This document shows, in pieces, positions 49,889 to 59,400 of a DNA stretch of 64,000 nucleotides. The notes below the pieces were generated by a model, which was not told the origin of the DNA, made no database searches, and saw only the letters and a program-made list of their open reading frames with translations. Made by a program: the position numbers and the translations under genes. The DNA lies in the NCBI GenBank assembly GCA_024688365.1, contig JAILEG010000041.1, positions 1,108 through 65,107 on the forward strand, read 5' to 3'. Origin of the DNA: Prevotella sp. (GTDB taxonomy: Bacteria > Bacteroidota > Bacteroidia > Bacteroidales > Bacteroidaceae). Every line of letters begins with the position of its first letter. Positions within the stretch are counted from its first letter, which is position 1.

Positions 49889-51235
49889 TTAAATGCCAGT
49901 ATAGTTGTGTGGGGTGATAGCCATCAGCTCTGCCTTGACACTGTCGCTGACATTGAGCGTCTGGATGAACTCATGGATGGTCTCCTCGGTCATCTTCCGG
50001 TTGGTCCGTGTGAGTGCCTTCAGAGCCTCGTAGGGATGGGGATAGGCCTCACGGCGCAGGATGGTCTGGATGGCCTCAGCCACTACGGCCCATGTGTCGT
50101 CAAGGTCCTCCCTGAGCTTTGCCTCGTTGAGGATGAGCTTGCGCAGCCCTTTCAGCGTGCTTTGGATGGCGATGATACCATGACCGAGTGGCACGCCCAC
50201 GTTGCGCAGCACGGTTGAGTCAGTGAGGTCGCGCTGCAGGCGGCTTACCGGCAGTTTCTGTGCCAGGAACTGGAGGATGGCATTGGCTATGCCAAGATTT
50301 CCCTCGCTGTTCTCAAAGTCAATGGGGTTCACCTTGTGTGGCATGGCACTTGAGCCAACCTCACCCGCCTTTATCTTCTGCTTGAAGTATTCCATGGAGA
50401 TGTACATCCAGAAGTCACGGTCAAGGTCGATGATGATGGTGTTGATCCTGCGGACGGCATCAAAAATGCTGCCCAGGTGGTCATAGTTGCTTATCTGCGT
50501 TGTCCACTGCTCCCGCTCCAGCCCCAGCTTCTCACTGACGAAGCGGTTGCCGAAGGCTTTCCAGTCATGTTGCGGGTAAGCCACATGGTGGGCATTGAAA
50601 TTGCCCGTAGCTCCTCCGAACTTCGCCGTCAGCTTGCAGCTGCGGAGAGAGGCCAGCTGCTCGCTCAGCCGATAGACGAACACCTCGATCTCCTTGCCCA
50701 GCCGGGTAGGAGAGGCTGGCTGACCGTGGGTCTTCGCCAGCATCGGCACGTCCTTCCATTCCTCTGCATACGCCTGCAGCTGGGCTGTCAGCTCCTCAAC
50801 CTGCGGGCAGTAGACCTCCTCCAGGGCTTCCTTGATGGATAGTGGCACGCTGGTATTGTTGATGTCCTGTGATGTGAGCCCGAAGTGGATGAACTCCTTG
50901 TAGGCATCCAGGCTGCCAATCTTGTCGAACTCTTCCTTGATGAAGTACTCAACAGCCTTCACGTCATGGTTGGTTGTCTTCTCGATTTCCTTCACACGTG
51001 CTGCGCATGCTTCGTCAAAGTTGCGGTAAATGTCGCGCAGGCGGCCGAACAGCGAGTGGTCAAAGCTCTCCAGCTGTGGGAGGGGAAGCTCGCAGAGCGC
51101 GATGAAATACTCAATCTCAACGCGCACACGGTAGCGGATTAAGGCATACTCTGAGAAATAATCGGCAAGACGTTCAGTTTTGTTCCTGTAGCGGCCGTCA
51201 ATGGGTGATACGGCTGTTAATGTGTCGAGGCTCAT
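49889..51235 (-). CDS. purB: Adenylosuccinate lyase
   Basis: SPIDGRY, TNHDVKAVEY, KTHGQPA, GSSAMPHKVNPIDFENSEGN. Confidence 0.98.
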   Translation of the reverse strand: MSLDTLTAVSPIDGRYRNKTERLADYFSEYALIRYRVRVEIEYFIALCELPLPQLESFDHSLFGRLRDIYRNFDEACAARVKEIEKTTNHDVKAVEYFIKEEFDKIGSLDAYKEFIHFGLTSQDINNTSVPLSIKEALEEVYCPQVEELTAQLQAYAEEWKDVPMLAKTHGQPASPTRLGKEIEVFVYRLSEQLASLRSCKLTAKFGGATGNFNAHHVAYPQHDWKAFGNRFVSEKLGLEREQWTTQISNYDHLGSIFDAVRRINTIIIDLDRDFWMYISMEYFKQKIKAGEVGSSAMPHKVNPIDFENSEGNLGIANAILQFLAQKLPVSRLQRDLTDSTVLRNVGVPLGHGIIAIQSTLKGLRKLILNEAKLREDLDDTWAVVAEAIQTILRREAYPHPYEALKALTRTNRKMTEETIHEFIQTLNVSDSVKAELMAITPHNYTGI

Positions 51236-51376
51236 AACAATATTAATTAATATAGGTGCAAATTTAGCAATAAAATCAGTAATGGTGCAAGTTTTTTTGC
51301 TAATAATCTGAAAAGTGTGGGATTATAAACGAAAAAACTTCGCAACGGGTGTTGCAAAGTCATCATATTTTAAAGG

Positions 51377-51451
51377 TGGGCGTTGACGGATTCGAACCGC
51401 CGACCCTCTGCTTGTAAGGCAGATGCTCTAAACCAGCTGAGCTAAACGCCC
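51377..51451 (-). tRNA. tRNA-Val (TAC)
   Basis: Minus strand GGGCGTTTAGCTCAGCTGG...CCTTACAAG...GGTTCGAATCC...AACGCCCA cloverleaf. Confidence 0.97.
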
Positions 51452-51499
51452 TTTAAAAATCCCCTGCAACCCCGAAAGGTCACAGGGAAACACCCCTTG

Positions 51500-51574
51500 T
51501 GGGCGTTGACGGATTCGAACCGCCGACCCTCTGCTTGTAAGGCAGATGCTCTAAACCAGCTGAGCTAAACGCCC
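51500..51574 (-). tRNA. tRNA-Val (TAC), identical second copy
   Basis: Same 75-nt sequence as 51377-51451. Confidence 0.97.
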
Positions 51575-51686
51575 TTACTTCCTGTAAGGCGGGTGCAAAG
51601 GTAGGGAATGTTTTTGAAACGTGCAAGCAAAATGCGAAATATTTGCTGATTTTATGGTAAAGAAACTGCCTGGAAGCCTGTGTGGC

Positions 51687-52226
51687 TTAATTCCCTTTCG
51701 GCGGAATGACTTTGATGAGGTGTGCTGGCACACCTCCCCAGACCTCATTGTCTGGTACGTCTTTCGTCACTACAGAGGCAGCTGCCACAATGGCACTCCG
51801 CCCTACTGTGACTCCAGGAAGGATGCTTGCCCCGGCTCCGATCCAGCAGCCTTGTTTCAGCACTACAGGCTTGCAGGTGATCACGTGGCGGTCATAGAGG
51901 TCGTGGTTGTTCGTAATCAGCTGCGCGTTGGCTGCCACCTGTACGTCGTCTTCTATCGTGATGCCGCCTGCAGCCATCATCAGGCAGTTGTTCATGACGA
52001 CAACCCGCTCGCCGATTCTCACGTTCTTGCCCCGGACAACGGTTATTCCGGGCATCACCCTGCTTGAGGGGGCTATGTGCCCGCAGAACAGCTCGCTGAC
52101 AAGTTGCCTGTATTCAGGTGCAGTGGGCATCGTGTGATTGATCTTGAAGCATAGTTCCTGGCAGCGTCTGCTCTCCTCTGGGTCAGCTTGCTGTGGATCG
52201 GTTAAATCTATTCTGAATTCTTCCAT
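51687..52226 (-). CDS. Sugar O-acetyltransferase (maltose/galactoside, hexapeptide-repeat family); start moved to ATG 52226
   Basis: GKNVRIG, ITIEDDV, TNNHDL, WIGAGASILPGVTVG, VVTKDVP, GVPA. Confidence 0.88.
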   Translation of the reverse strand: MEEFRIDLTDPQQADPEESRRCQELCFKINHTMPTAPEYRQLVSELFCGHIAPSSRVMPGITVVRGKNVRIGERVVVMNNCLMMAAGGITIEDDVQVAANAQLITNNHDLYDRHVITCKPVVLKQGCWIGAGASILPGVTVGRSAIVAAASVVTKDVPDNEVWGGVPAHLIKVIPPKGN

Positions 52227-52477
52227 GACACTGGATGGCTGATGTTTCTTTTCTTGCAAAAGTAAGGAAAATATTTAATATAAGGTGACGAAAGCGGCAA
52301 AAATCTGCACTTTCTGTGAAGTGCTTCTTGTGTGAATGTAGTAGGGGAGGCCTTCTTCACTCTTTAGGGGATGTTGGTAGTCTTCTGTCTTGGGGCGGGT
52401 TGACTATGTGCAGGGAAGAAGATGAGCAGGGAAGGTGATAGGGCAGGCTTTTCAGCCTGCCCCGTGTTGCGGAAGTC

Positions 52478-52867
52478 TTATAGCAGACTTGCAAATCTCT
52501 GGGCCTTCTCTCCCTCAAGGATGATGAGGTCAGTGATGGGAATGTAATGCAGCTGGTCGTAGCGGTAGAGGCGCAAGGCCGCGAGCTGGTGGTCGGCTGA
52601 GATGCCTTTCTCCAGCAGATGGGTTCCGATTCCTGCATCATGGAACTTCTGCATGCCCTCCAGTTCGCTTTCCAGTCGTTCGGCAGGCAGGCGTAACAGA
52701 TGTTCGAGCCGGAGCCCTTCCTCTGTGTTATACTCCGTCTTGCTGAAGTTTATACGGCTCTGGGTGGCATTGTAGATTGCTTTTTTTCCGAAAAATGATT
52801 TCTTAATGGTGATACGTGTGTCGGCGGAGAGGGGCTGGGCCATCTCTAAATGAATAAAACTTGCCAT
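52478..52867 (-). CDS. Hypothetical protein (start moved to ATG 52867)
   Basis: AT-rich leader before ATG; 129-aa globular-looking ORF; no motif recognised. Confidence 0.6.
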   Translation of the reverse strand: MASFIHLEMAQPLSADTRITIKKSFFGKKAIYNATQSRINFSKTEYNTEEGLRLEHLLRLPAERLESELEGMQKFHDAGIGTHLLEKGISADHQLAALRLYRYDQLHYIPITDLIILEGEKAQRFASLL

Positions 52868-53036
52868 GATTTCTTCTGTTTTTAATGTGAATAAAAGATA
52901 GTTGGGACATGCATCCTGCATCCGTCTTCTGCCTGGATGCAAGTGCCTGTTCCTTGTATGGGGTGTGGGGAAAGGAAGAAAAAGCAGCTGCCGCAAGCGC
53001 ATGGTAAGTGCGGCTGCACGACACCTGCACTCATGG

Positions 53037-53417
53037 CTAACAGAGAAGATGCCTCAGCCGGTACACGTAGTAGTGGCTCTGAGGCATCATCATTATCGGA
53101 CGTGTCAGCAGCAGCTGACGGTCGGGATAATGGGGAATGGTAAGAGTGTTATGGCTGAAAAGGTGCTGGCGGCTGCCTGGTGTCTTGAAATTACCCATCC
53201 GGACGGATATGACCCGTTCCGGACGTGAGCTGCACAGCCGTGCCAGTTGTGAGGAGTCGGTGGGGACAGCATGCTGTTCCTGATGGCTTTCGCTGACGGC
53301 GATCTGCTGCCGTGGGCTCTCCTGCCCGTTTGAGGCTGGAGAGGCTTCAGCCAGCTGCCAGCCAGTGAAGGCGAGCAGCATGACGGCCAGCAGTCTGTAA
53401 ATCCTTTGACTCTTCAT
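53037..53417 (-). CDS. Hypothetical protein with N-terminal signal peptide and C-terminal YYVYRLRHLLC
   Basis: Hydrophobic N-terminus; -7-like box upstream not certain. Confidence 0.6.
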   Translation of the reverse strand: MKSQRIYRLLAVMLLAFTGWQLAEASPASNGQESPRQQIAVSESHQEQHAVPTDSSQLARLCSSRPERVISVRMGNFKTPGSRQHLFSHNTLTIPHYPDRQLLLTRPIMMMPQSHYYVYRLRHLLC

Positions 53418-53899
53418 TCATTATCCGTTTTTGCGGGTGTAAAGGTACGGCATTTTCTTCAGAAGAGCTGCTTTTTTGTGGAAATATCGTTGAAACTCTG
53501 AGGATGCGATAGGGAATCGAGGTAGCTGGCAGCTATGGTTCTTGGTGGTCTGACCGTCCTGCTGTGGATAAAAGGTGTCCTTTCGGATGCCGGAAGCTGC
53601 CCTCTCGTGATGCAAAAGGGCTGCTTTTGGCAGCTTATACGTGCCCTTTTATGATAATAATTAAATTGATTTAATATTAATAATAAACTGAAAACAAATA
53701 TGAAATAATTTATTTTTATATTATAAATAAGTTGAAAATAATGAGAAAATAATTTATTTTATATTATGAAATAGATTAATATTATGTATATTTGCAGTGC
53801 TTTTGCACTGCGATAGGGCAGCTTCCGGCATCCGAAAGGGCATCTTTTGCATTGCAGGAGAGGAACATTAAGAGAAGGTTCAATTTAAAGGTTATTATT

Positions 53900-54319
53900 A
53901 TGTCAGTACAGATCAGATTACAGCAGAGCAAGTTCAAGGAGTCAAACCGTGGCGGCAAGTGGCACGCACGCACCGTCAGCACAGGTGTTGTGACGACCGA
54001 GGACCTCGCCAATGCCATTCAGGAGAACACATCCTTCACGCGTGGTGACGTACACGGGCTGGTCATCTCGCTCATTGATGAGATCTCCTATCGGCTACGT
54101 CAGGGAGAGACGGTGGTCCTTGACGGGCTGGGCCGGTTCCACCTCACGGTGGAGAGCAAGCCGGTTGAGCGGCGGGAGGATTTCAATATAGCCCGCAACA
54201 TAACGGGGGTGAAGTGCAAGTTCGTCCCGGCAGGCTCACGCAACCAGCGCACGGGTAAGAAAATCCAGGACTTCGCCACGGGGGTGAGGGTCATCTGGGC
54301 CGACGTGGAGGAAGAGTGA
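53900..54319 (+). CDS. HU-family DNA-binding protein (Bacteroidetes expanded HU-HIG type); start moved to ATG 53900
   Basis: KWHAR, FTRGDV, LRQGETVVLDGLGRF HU signature; -7 box TATATTTG at 53787-53794. Confidence 0.85.
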   Translation: MSVQIRLQQSKFKESNRGGKWHARTVSTGVVTTEDLANAIQENTSFTRGDVHGLVISLIDEISYRLRQGETVVLDGLGRFHLTVESKPVERREDFNIARNITGVKCKFVPAGSRNQRTGKKIQDFATGVRVIWADVEEE

Positions 54320-54377
54320 CGGCAGATGTTCGCCGTAATTGGTCTTGGTCTATAGATTAAGTTTGTTCAGTAACCGA

Positions 54378-54428
54378 AAACGGCAGAAGCCGGGTGATTG
54401 ATCTCCAATCACCCGGCTTCTGCCGTTT
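54378..54428. terminator. Perfect 23-bp-stem hairpin between HU-like gene and tRNA-Leu
   Basis: AAACGGCAGAAGCCGGGTGATTG-ATCTC-CAATCACCCGGCTTCTGCCGTTT. Confidence 0.7.
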
Positions 54429-54431
54429 GTG

Positions 54432-54513
54432 TGCGCCTGACAGGACTCGAACCTGCACAGCGTGAACTACCAGATCCTAAGTCTGGCGCGTCTACCAATT
54501 CCGCCACAGGCGC
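54432..54513 (-). tRNA. tRNA-Leu (TAG)
   Basis: Minus strand GCGCCTGTGGCGGAATTGGTAGACGCGCCAGACTTAGGATCTGG...GGTTCGAGTCC...CAGGCGCA, long variable arm. Confidence 0.97.
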
Positions 54514-54620
54514 ATATTGCACTGCAAAGGTACGTAAAGTTTTGGAGATAGACAAATGTTTGCATGCTTCTTTTGAAATAGGGAAAGCAGGGGAGGGACG
54601 GAAAGAGGGCGGTGTTGCGC

Positions 54621-55643
54621 TTATCGGGTGATAAGCCTTCTGGCAAACTCGATGATAGTGTCCTTCCCCCTCATCATGTCCTCAGCCTTCATGTCGACCT
54701 TGTAGTCCGGGTCAATGCCGAATTCTGTCATCTGCCGGTCACGGTCATACATGGGACAGGCAGAGAAGCGGATGCTCCAGCCATTGGGCAGCTCGGACGA
54801 GAAAGGCAGCCCGGAGCCTCCTCCCGTGCGGTCGCCGACGATGGTGACGTTGGGGCAGCACTTCATATATTTCACGAACTCATTGGCTGAAGAGAAGACA
54901 CTGCGGTTGGTAAGCACCACGACGGGTTTCTGCCAGCGTATGGCCTTGGCTGGCTTCAGACGCTGTTCCTCCATTGGGGAGAAGTCGTCATGGCCCTTGC
55001 CCGTCTTGTGCTGCATGTAGCCAACAAGGATATTGTCATTTGTGAAGCGGGCAGCCAGCTGCTCGGCACTGCTGACGTTGCCTCCACCGTTGTTGCGGAT
55101 GTCGATGATCAGTCCACGGCAGGGCTGCAGATGGAGGAGAATCTCATCCAGGTTGCCTGCCCCAAACCCGTTCTGAAAAGTCTCACAGCGCAGGTAGCCA
55201 GTGTTGTCGTCCAAGATGGTATAGTCCATTCCGCTGGCGATGAGATAGTCAGTCTTGAGGTACTTGCGCTCCAGGGAGTCAGAGAAGTTCTGTGGGTAAG
55301 CCTCATGCCATGCCCAATAGCGGCCTATATTGAAAGATGTATAGAGGTTGACGTGCCCGTCTTTCAGTTCGGAGAGCATGTTGGTCATCACCTCGAACTG
55401 CTGGCTTTGCGTCATGGATGCGTCAAACTGTCGGGCATAGCGGTCATGTATCTCCTGCCAGTCGATTCCTTTCTGTGTGAAGAAGCAGTAATGCTCGTCC
55501 AGGATTGCCCACAGGGCCTCGAAGTTGCCTTGCGGGTTGTCGGCATACTCATCGTTGGTGACACATCCGGTGACACTGGTGAGCATGGCAAAGAGCAGGC
55601 ACAGGCCAAAGATGCGGGAGGAGACGGTGTGGAATATTCTCAT
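54621..55643 (-). CDS. S41 family peptidase, lipoprotein
   Basis: IIDIRNNGGG, VFSSANEF, IVGDRTGGG, FGIDPD; lipobox VTGC. Confidence 0.9.
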   Translation of the reverse strand: MRIFHTVSSRIFGLCLLFAMLTSVTGCVTNDEYADNPQGNFEALWAILDEHYCFFTQKGIDWQEIHDRYARQFDASMTQSQQFEVMTNMLSELKDGHVNLYTSFNIGRYWAWHEAYPQNFSDSLERKYLKTDYLIASGMDYTILDDNTGYLRCETFQNGFGAGNLDEILLHLQPCRGLIIDIRNNGGGNVSSAEQLAARFTNDNILVGYMQHKTGKGHDDFSPMEEQRLKPAKAIRWQKPVVVLTNRSVFSSANEFVKYMKCCPNVTIVGDRTGGGSGLPFSSELPNGWSIRFSACPMYDRDRQMTEFGIDPDYKVDMKAEDMMRGKDTIIEFARRLITR

Positions 55644-56476
55644 GGCAGAATCTTGTTGATGGAGAATTTACGTACGATACCCACAACCAGCAGATGGCTC
55701 CACGCATGCTGGCGCAGTCCGTTGGCCTTTGCCTGCTGGTAGTCGCCAAGATAACCGATGCGGAGTGTGGTGTGGTGGAGGGTGAAGTCCACCGTCAGCA
55801 TCTGCCGGAGCGAGGGAGTGGAGAAGGGGGTGGTCAGGATCACATTGTGGTCATAGTTGCCTTTCGAGAATATCTCATAGTAACTTTGCCCGTAATTTGG
55901 GGAGAACATGATGCCCATCAGGGGAGCCTGTGCCTCATATCGCAGCAGCATCGGGTAATGGCGCAAGCGGAAGCGATAGGCGGCAACGACAGTTGGTGCA
56001 ATGTTCAGTTGCGCATAGGCCTGTGCGGGATTGTTGGAGTTGCGGGTGTTGTAGAGAAAGCCGAGGTTGGCATCAATGCCTCCTCCAGCCTTCAGCAGCA
56101 GCTCGCCTCTGCCGATGGCCCATTCTCCGAGTGCATACTGCCAGTTATACTGGAAGTTGTAGGCCCCACCAATCTCGTTGTTGTTGTCAGCCCTGTTGTG
56201 GGCCAGGGCAAGATGGGCCTGGTGGACCAGCTCACGGGAGAGTCGGCTGCCGTTGTCACGGACGGAATGGGAGATGTAACGTAGCTCTGTCCCCCGGTAT
56301 TCCTCGGGTGAAAGATAGGTATCGAGAATGTTGACGGTTCCAATTCCGATTGCCTGCGCATTGGTGATAACCTTGCCGGTGCGCAGCGTGTCCTGAGCAT
56401 GTCCTGCGGTCATTGCTGTCAGCAAGAGGCATGCAGCCAGGAGGAGTCCGTTGGGCAGTGACAGTCTGTGGCTCAT
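55640..56476 (-). CDS. DUF3316-like outer membrane protein
   Basis: DTYLSP, RNSNNPA, FSPNYGQSYYEIF motifs; ATGA overlap with S41 gene. Confidence 0.7.
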   Translation of the reverse strand: MSHRLSLPNGLLLAACLLLTAMTAGHAQDTLRTGKVITNAQAIGIGTVNILDTYLSPEEYRGTELRYISHSVRDNGSRLSRELVHQAHLALAHNRADNNNEIGGAYNFQYNWQYALGEWAIGRGELLLKAGGGIDANLGFLYNTRNSNNPAQAYAQLNIAPTVVAAYRFRLRHYPMLLRYEAQAPLMGIMFSPNYGQSYYEIFSKGNYDHNVILTTPFSTPSLRQMLTVDFTLHHTTLRIGYLGDYQQAKANGLRQHAWSHLLVVGIVRKFSINKILP

Positions 56477-56480
56477 GGGC

Positions 56481-59231
56481 TTACTCTTCAGGGAACAGGC
56501 TGAGTTGTCCGGTTATCTCGTCAATGACCTGCTGCTGCGACTTGCCGGCATCGGGGTCAAGATTCTCCTCGGCATGGGTAGTTTCCGGTTCTTCCCCCTG
56601 TCCGTCTGTCTCAGCTGTGTCAGCGTCATCCTCAGCCGGCTTGTCCTCTTCGGGGAAGCGGGTTGGCTCCAGCTCCTCAATCTTGGCCACCTTCCACGTT
56701 GTGAGCCGTTTGCCTTTCGCCTTGAAGCCTTTGACACCTACGAACTGCTCGGCATCAACCTCCTCTGTTCCACGGGAGGCATCGGCACCACCATAGGTTA
56801 CCAAGACACGTGGGAACGCAACATCAGTCAGCAGGACGAGCTGTGAGTTGACATTCTCGCCAATGAAGTTCTGGTGGCGTTTGGTTGCCTCCATCTGGAA
56901 CCGCTTCAGGTAAGGGTACCCCTGGTTGTCGGCATCGTAGACGATGGCTGTCCACGGTTTGTCAGCATCGAACTTCTCAATGCGGAGAATGTTGTCCTCA
57001 TAGTGGTTGGCTGCATCGAAGTTGGTGATGTAGAAGTCGCCATTGGTGAGGATGACGAGGATGCTGTCCCTGTCGGAGAACTCGCCGAGGAACCTTCCAT
57101 GCTCCTCGTAGTTGATACGGTTGACATCGGGGTCGAACCACACCTTCCGCCCGCCGAGCGTGGAGTGTCCGTGGCTCTTGAGGGAGATGCGGTGTATGCT
57201 CTCCCTCGTGAGCAGGTTGCCCTTGGCCGAGCGTCCCTTGATGAGGATGTCAGAGAAGTCACGCTCCAGGAATATGTTCTGCTTTTTCTTGTCTGGGTTC
57301 GGGTCGAGGGTGATCTTGATGAGCTCGGCCTCCCCATTGGGGTTGGCCGTGAAATAGTTGATTTTTGACCCAGGCGTGCCCAATGTCACATCGTAGTCCT
57401 TGTCACGGGTGATGGATGTCACGTTGAACCGCTTGATGTAATAAGGTCCGCTCCGCCCATCGCGGTAGACAACGTTGTAGATGGTGCGCTTGTAGTTCTT
57501 CTTGAAAACCTGTACATGCAGCACACCCTTGCCCACGAATACCTTGTCGGCAATGCGGATGACCTTGTATTTTCCATCCTTGTAGAAGATGATGACGTCA
57601 TCAAGGTCAGAACAGTTCTGCACGAACTCGGCTTTCTTCAGTCCTGTGCCGATGAAGCCAGCCTGACGGTCGATGTACAGCTTCTCGTTGGCATCCACCA
57701 CCTTGGCGGCAATGATGGTGTCAAAGCTCTTTATCTCGGTGTGGCGTGGATGGTCCTTGCCGTATTTCTCCTTCAGGTGGGTGAACCACTCGATGGTGAC
57801 GCGCACCATCTCGCTGAGGTCCTTGTCAATCTCGGCTATCTCAGCCTTGATTTTCTGAATCAGCTCGTCAGCCTTGTCCTTGTTGAACTTCAGTATGCGC
57901 TGCATCTTGATTTCCAGCAGGCGGATGATGTCATCGCGCGTCACCTCGCGGATAAAGGTCTTCTTGTAGGGTTCCAGCTTGGAATCGACGAAGGCAACAA
58001 CCTCGTCAAGGTTCTTTGCCGTCTCAAACTTGCGTTCCTTGTAGATGCGGTCTTCGATGAAAATCCTTTCCAGCGAGTTGTAGAAGAGCTGCTCCTCCAG
58101 CTCATGCTTACGGATTTCCAGCTCCAGCTTCAGCAGTTGCCTGGTATGCTCGGCCGAGTTGCGCAGCACGTCAGAGACGGTGAGGAACTGTGGCTTGTTG
58201 TCCTCGATGACGCAGCAGTTGGGCGATATGTTTATCTCACAGTCGGTGAAGGCATAGAGGGCATCGATGGTCTTGTCGCTTGACGTGCCCGGGGTGAGGT
58301 GCAACTGTATCTCCACCTCCGATGCGGTCATATCCTCTACCTTGCGGATCTTCAGCTTGCCTTTCTCAACGGCTTTGGTGATTGACTCCTGGAGGGTACT
58401 GGCAGTCTTGGTGTAAGGCACCTCACGGATGACGAGTGTCTTGTTGTCGAGTTTCTCAACCTTCGCACGCACCTTCAAGACACCACCCCGCTGCCCATCA
58501 TTGTACTTCGACACGTCAATGCTGCCGCCCGTGGGGAAGTCGGGGAAGAGGTGGAATTCCTCGCCCCGCATGTACTTGATGGCGGCATCGCAGATGTCGT
58601 TGAGGTTATGGGGAAGGATCTTGGATGACAGTCCGACGGCTATACCCTCAGCTCCCTGTGCCAGCAGCAGGGGGAACTTCACCGGAAGGGTGATAGGCTC
58701 CTTGTTCCGTCCGTCATAGGAAAGCTGCCACTCGGTGGTCTTTGGGTTGAAGACGGTTTCCAAGGCAAACTTTGACAATCGTGCCTCAATGTATCGTGGT
58801 GCGGCTGCACGGTCGCCGGTGAGGATGTTTCCCCAGTTTCCCTGCGTGTCGATGAGCAGGTCCTTCTGTCCCAGCTGCACCAGTGCATCGCCGATGGAGG
58901 CATCGCCATGAGGATGGAACTGCATGGTATGCCCCACGATGTTGGCCACCTTGTTGTAGCGTCCGTCGTCCATTCGTTTCATGGAGTGGAGTATGCGCCG
59001 CTGCACAGGCTTCAGTCCGTCCTCGATGTGCGGCACGGCACGTTCCAGGATTACGTAGCTGGCATAATCCAGAAACCAGTTCTTGTACATTCCCGAAAGG
59101 TGATGTACGGCTGAGGCATCAAACCTGTCGGCAGGCTTGTAGTCGGAATGGGTGTCCTGTTCCTGTGTCTCATCTTCGGGAGCGAGCGTATCCATGTCTT
59201 TTATTTCGTCATCCATATTGTCTTCGTTCAT
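56481..59231 (-). CDS. parC: DNA topoisomerase IV subunit A (Bacteroidetes type)
   Basis: DGLKPVQRR, FHPHGD, AAAPRYIE active-site Tyr, PDFPTGG. Confidence 0.88.
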   Translation of the reverse strand: MNEDNMDDEIKDMDTLAPEDETQEQDTHSDYKPADRFDASAVHHLSGMYKNWFLDYASYVILERAVPHIEDGLKPVQRRILHSMKRMDDGRYNKVANIVGHTMQFHPHGDASIGDALVQLGQKDLLIDTQGNWGNILTGDRAAAPRYIEARLSKFALETVFNPKTTEWQLSYDGRNKEPITLPVKFPLLLAQGAEGIAVGLSSKILPHNLNDICDAAIKYMRGEEFHLFPDFPTGGSIDVSKYNDGQRGGVLKVRAKVEKLDNKTLVIREVPYTKTASTLQESITKAVEKGKLKIRKVEDMTASEVEIQLHLTPGTSSDKTIDALYAFTDCEINISPNCCVIEDNKPQFLTVSDVLRNSAEHTRQLLKLELEIRKHELEEQLFYNSLERIFIEDRIYKERKFETAKNLDEVVAFVDSKLEPYKKTFIREVTRDDIIRLLEIKMQRILKFNKDKADELIQKIKAEIAEIDKDLSEMVRVTIEWFTHLKEKYGKDHPRHTEIKSFDTIIAAKVVDANEKLYIDRQAGFIGTGLKKAEFVQNCSDLDDVIIFYKDGKYKVIRIADKVFVGKGVLHVQVFKKNYKRTIYNVVYRDGRSGPYYIKRFNVTSITRDKDYDVTLGTPGSKINYFTANPNGEAELIKITLDPNPDKKKQNIFLERDFSDILIKGRSAKGNLLTRESIHRISLKSHGHSTLGGRKVWFDPDVNRINYEEHGRFLGEFSDRDSILVILTNGDFYITNFDAANHYEDNILRIEKFDADKPWTAIVYDADNQGYPYLKRFQMEATKRHQNFIGENVNSQLVLLTDVAFPRVLVTYGGADASRGTEEVDAEQFVGVKGFKAKGKRLTTWKVAKIEELEPTRFPEEDKPAEDDADTAETDGQGEEPETTHAEENLDPDAGKSQQQVIDEITGQLSLFPEE

Positions 59232-59400
59232 GTTAATCGCTTAGGCATATAAGCTTCAGATGACTGCAAATGTACGAAAAAAAAAGCATACCGGCAAATC
59301 CAAGTGCTTCCCTATTTTATAAACTTTCACGATAATCCTGTCCTTATTCGACCAAAAAGCAGTAACTTTGCGACAAAAATTAAGAAATAAAAGGAATATT

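Noticed and set aside
51377-51574. Identical tRNA-Val copies as attL/attR of an integrated element
   Set aside because: Both are full length and only 48 nt apart; ordinary tandem tRNA genes
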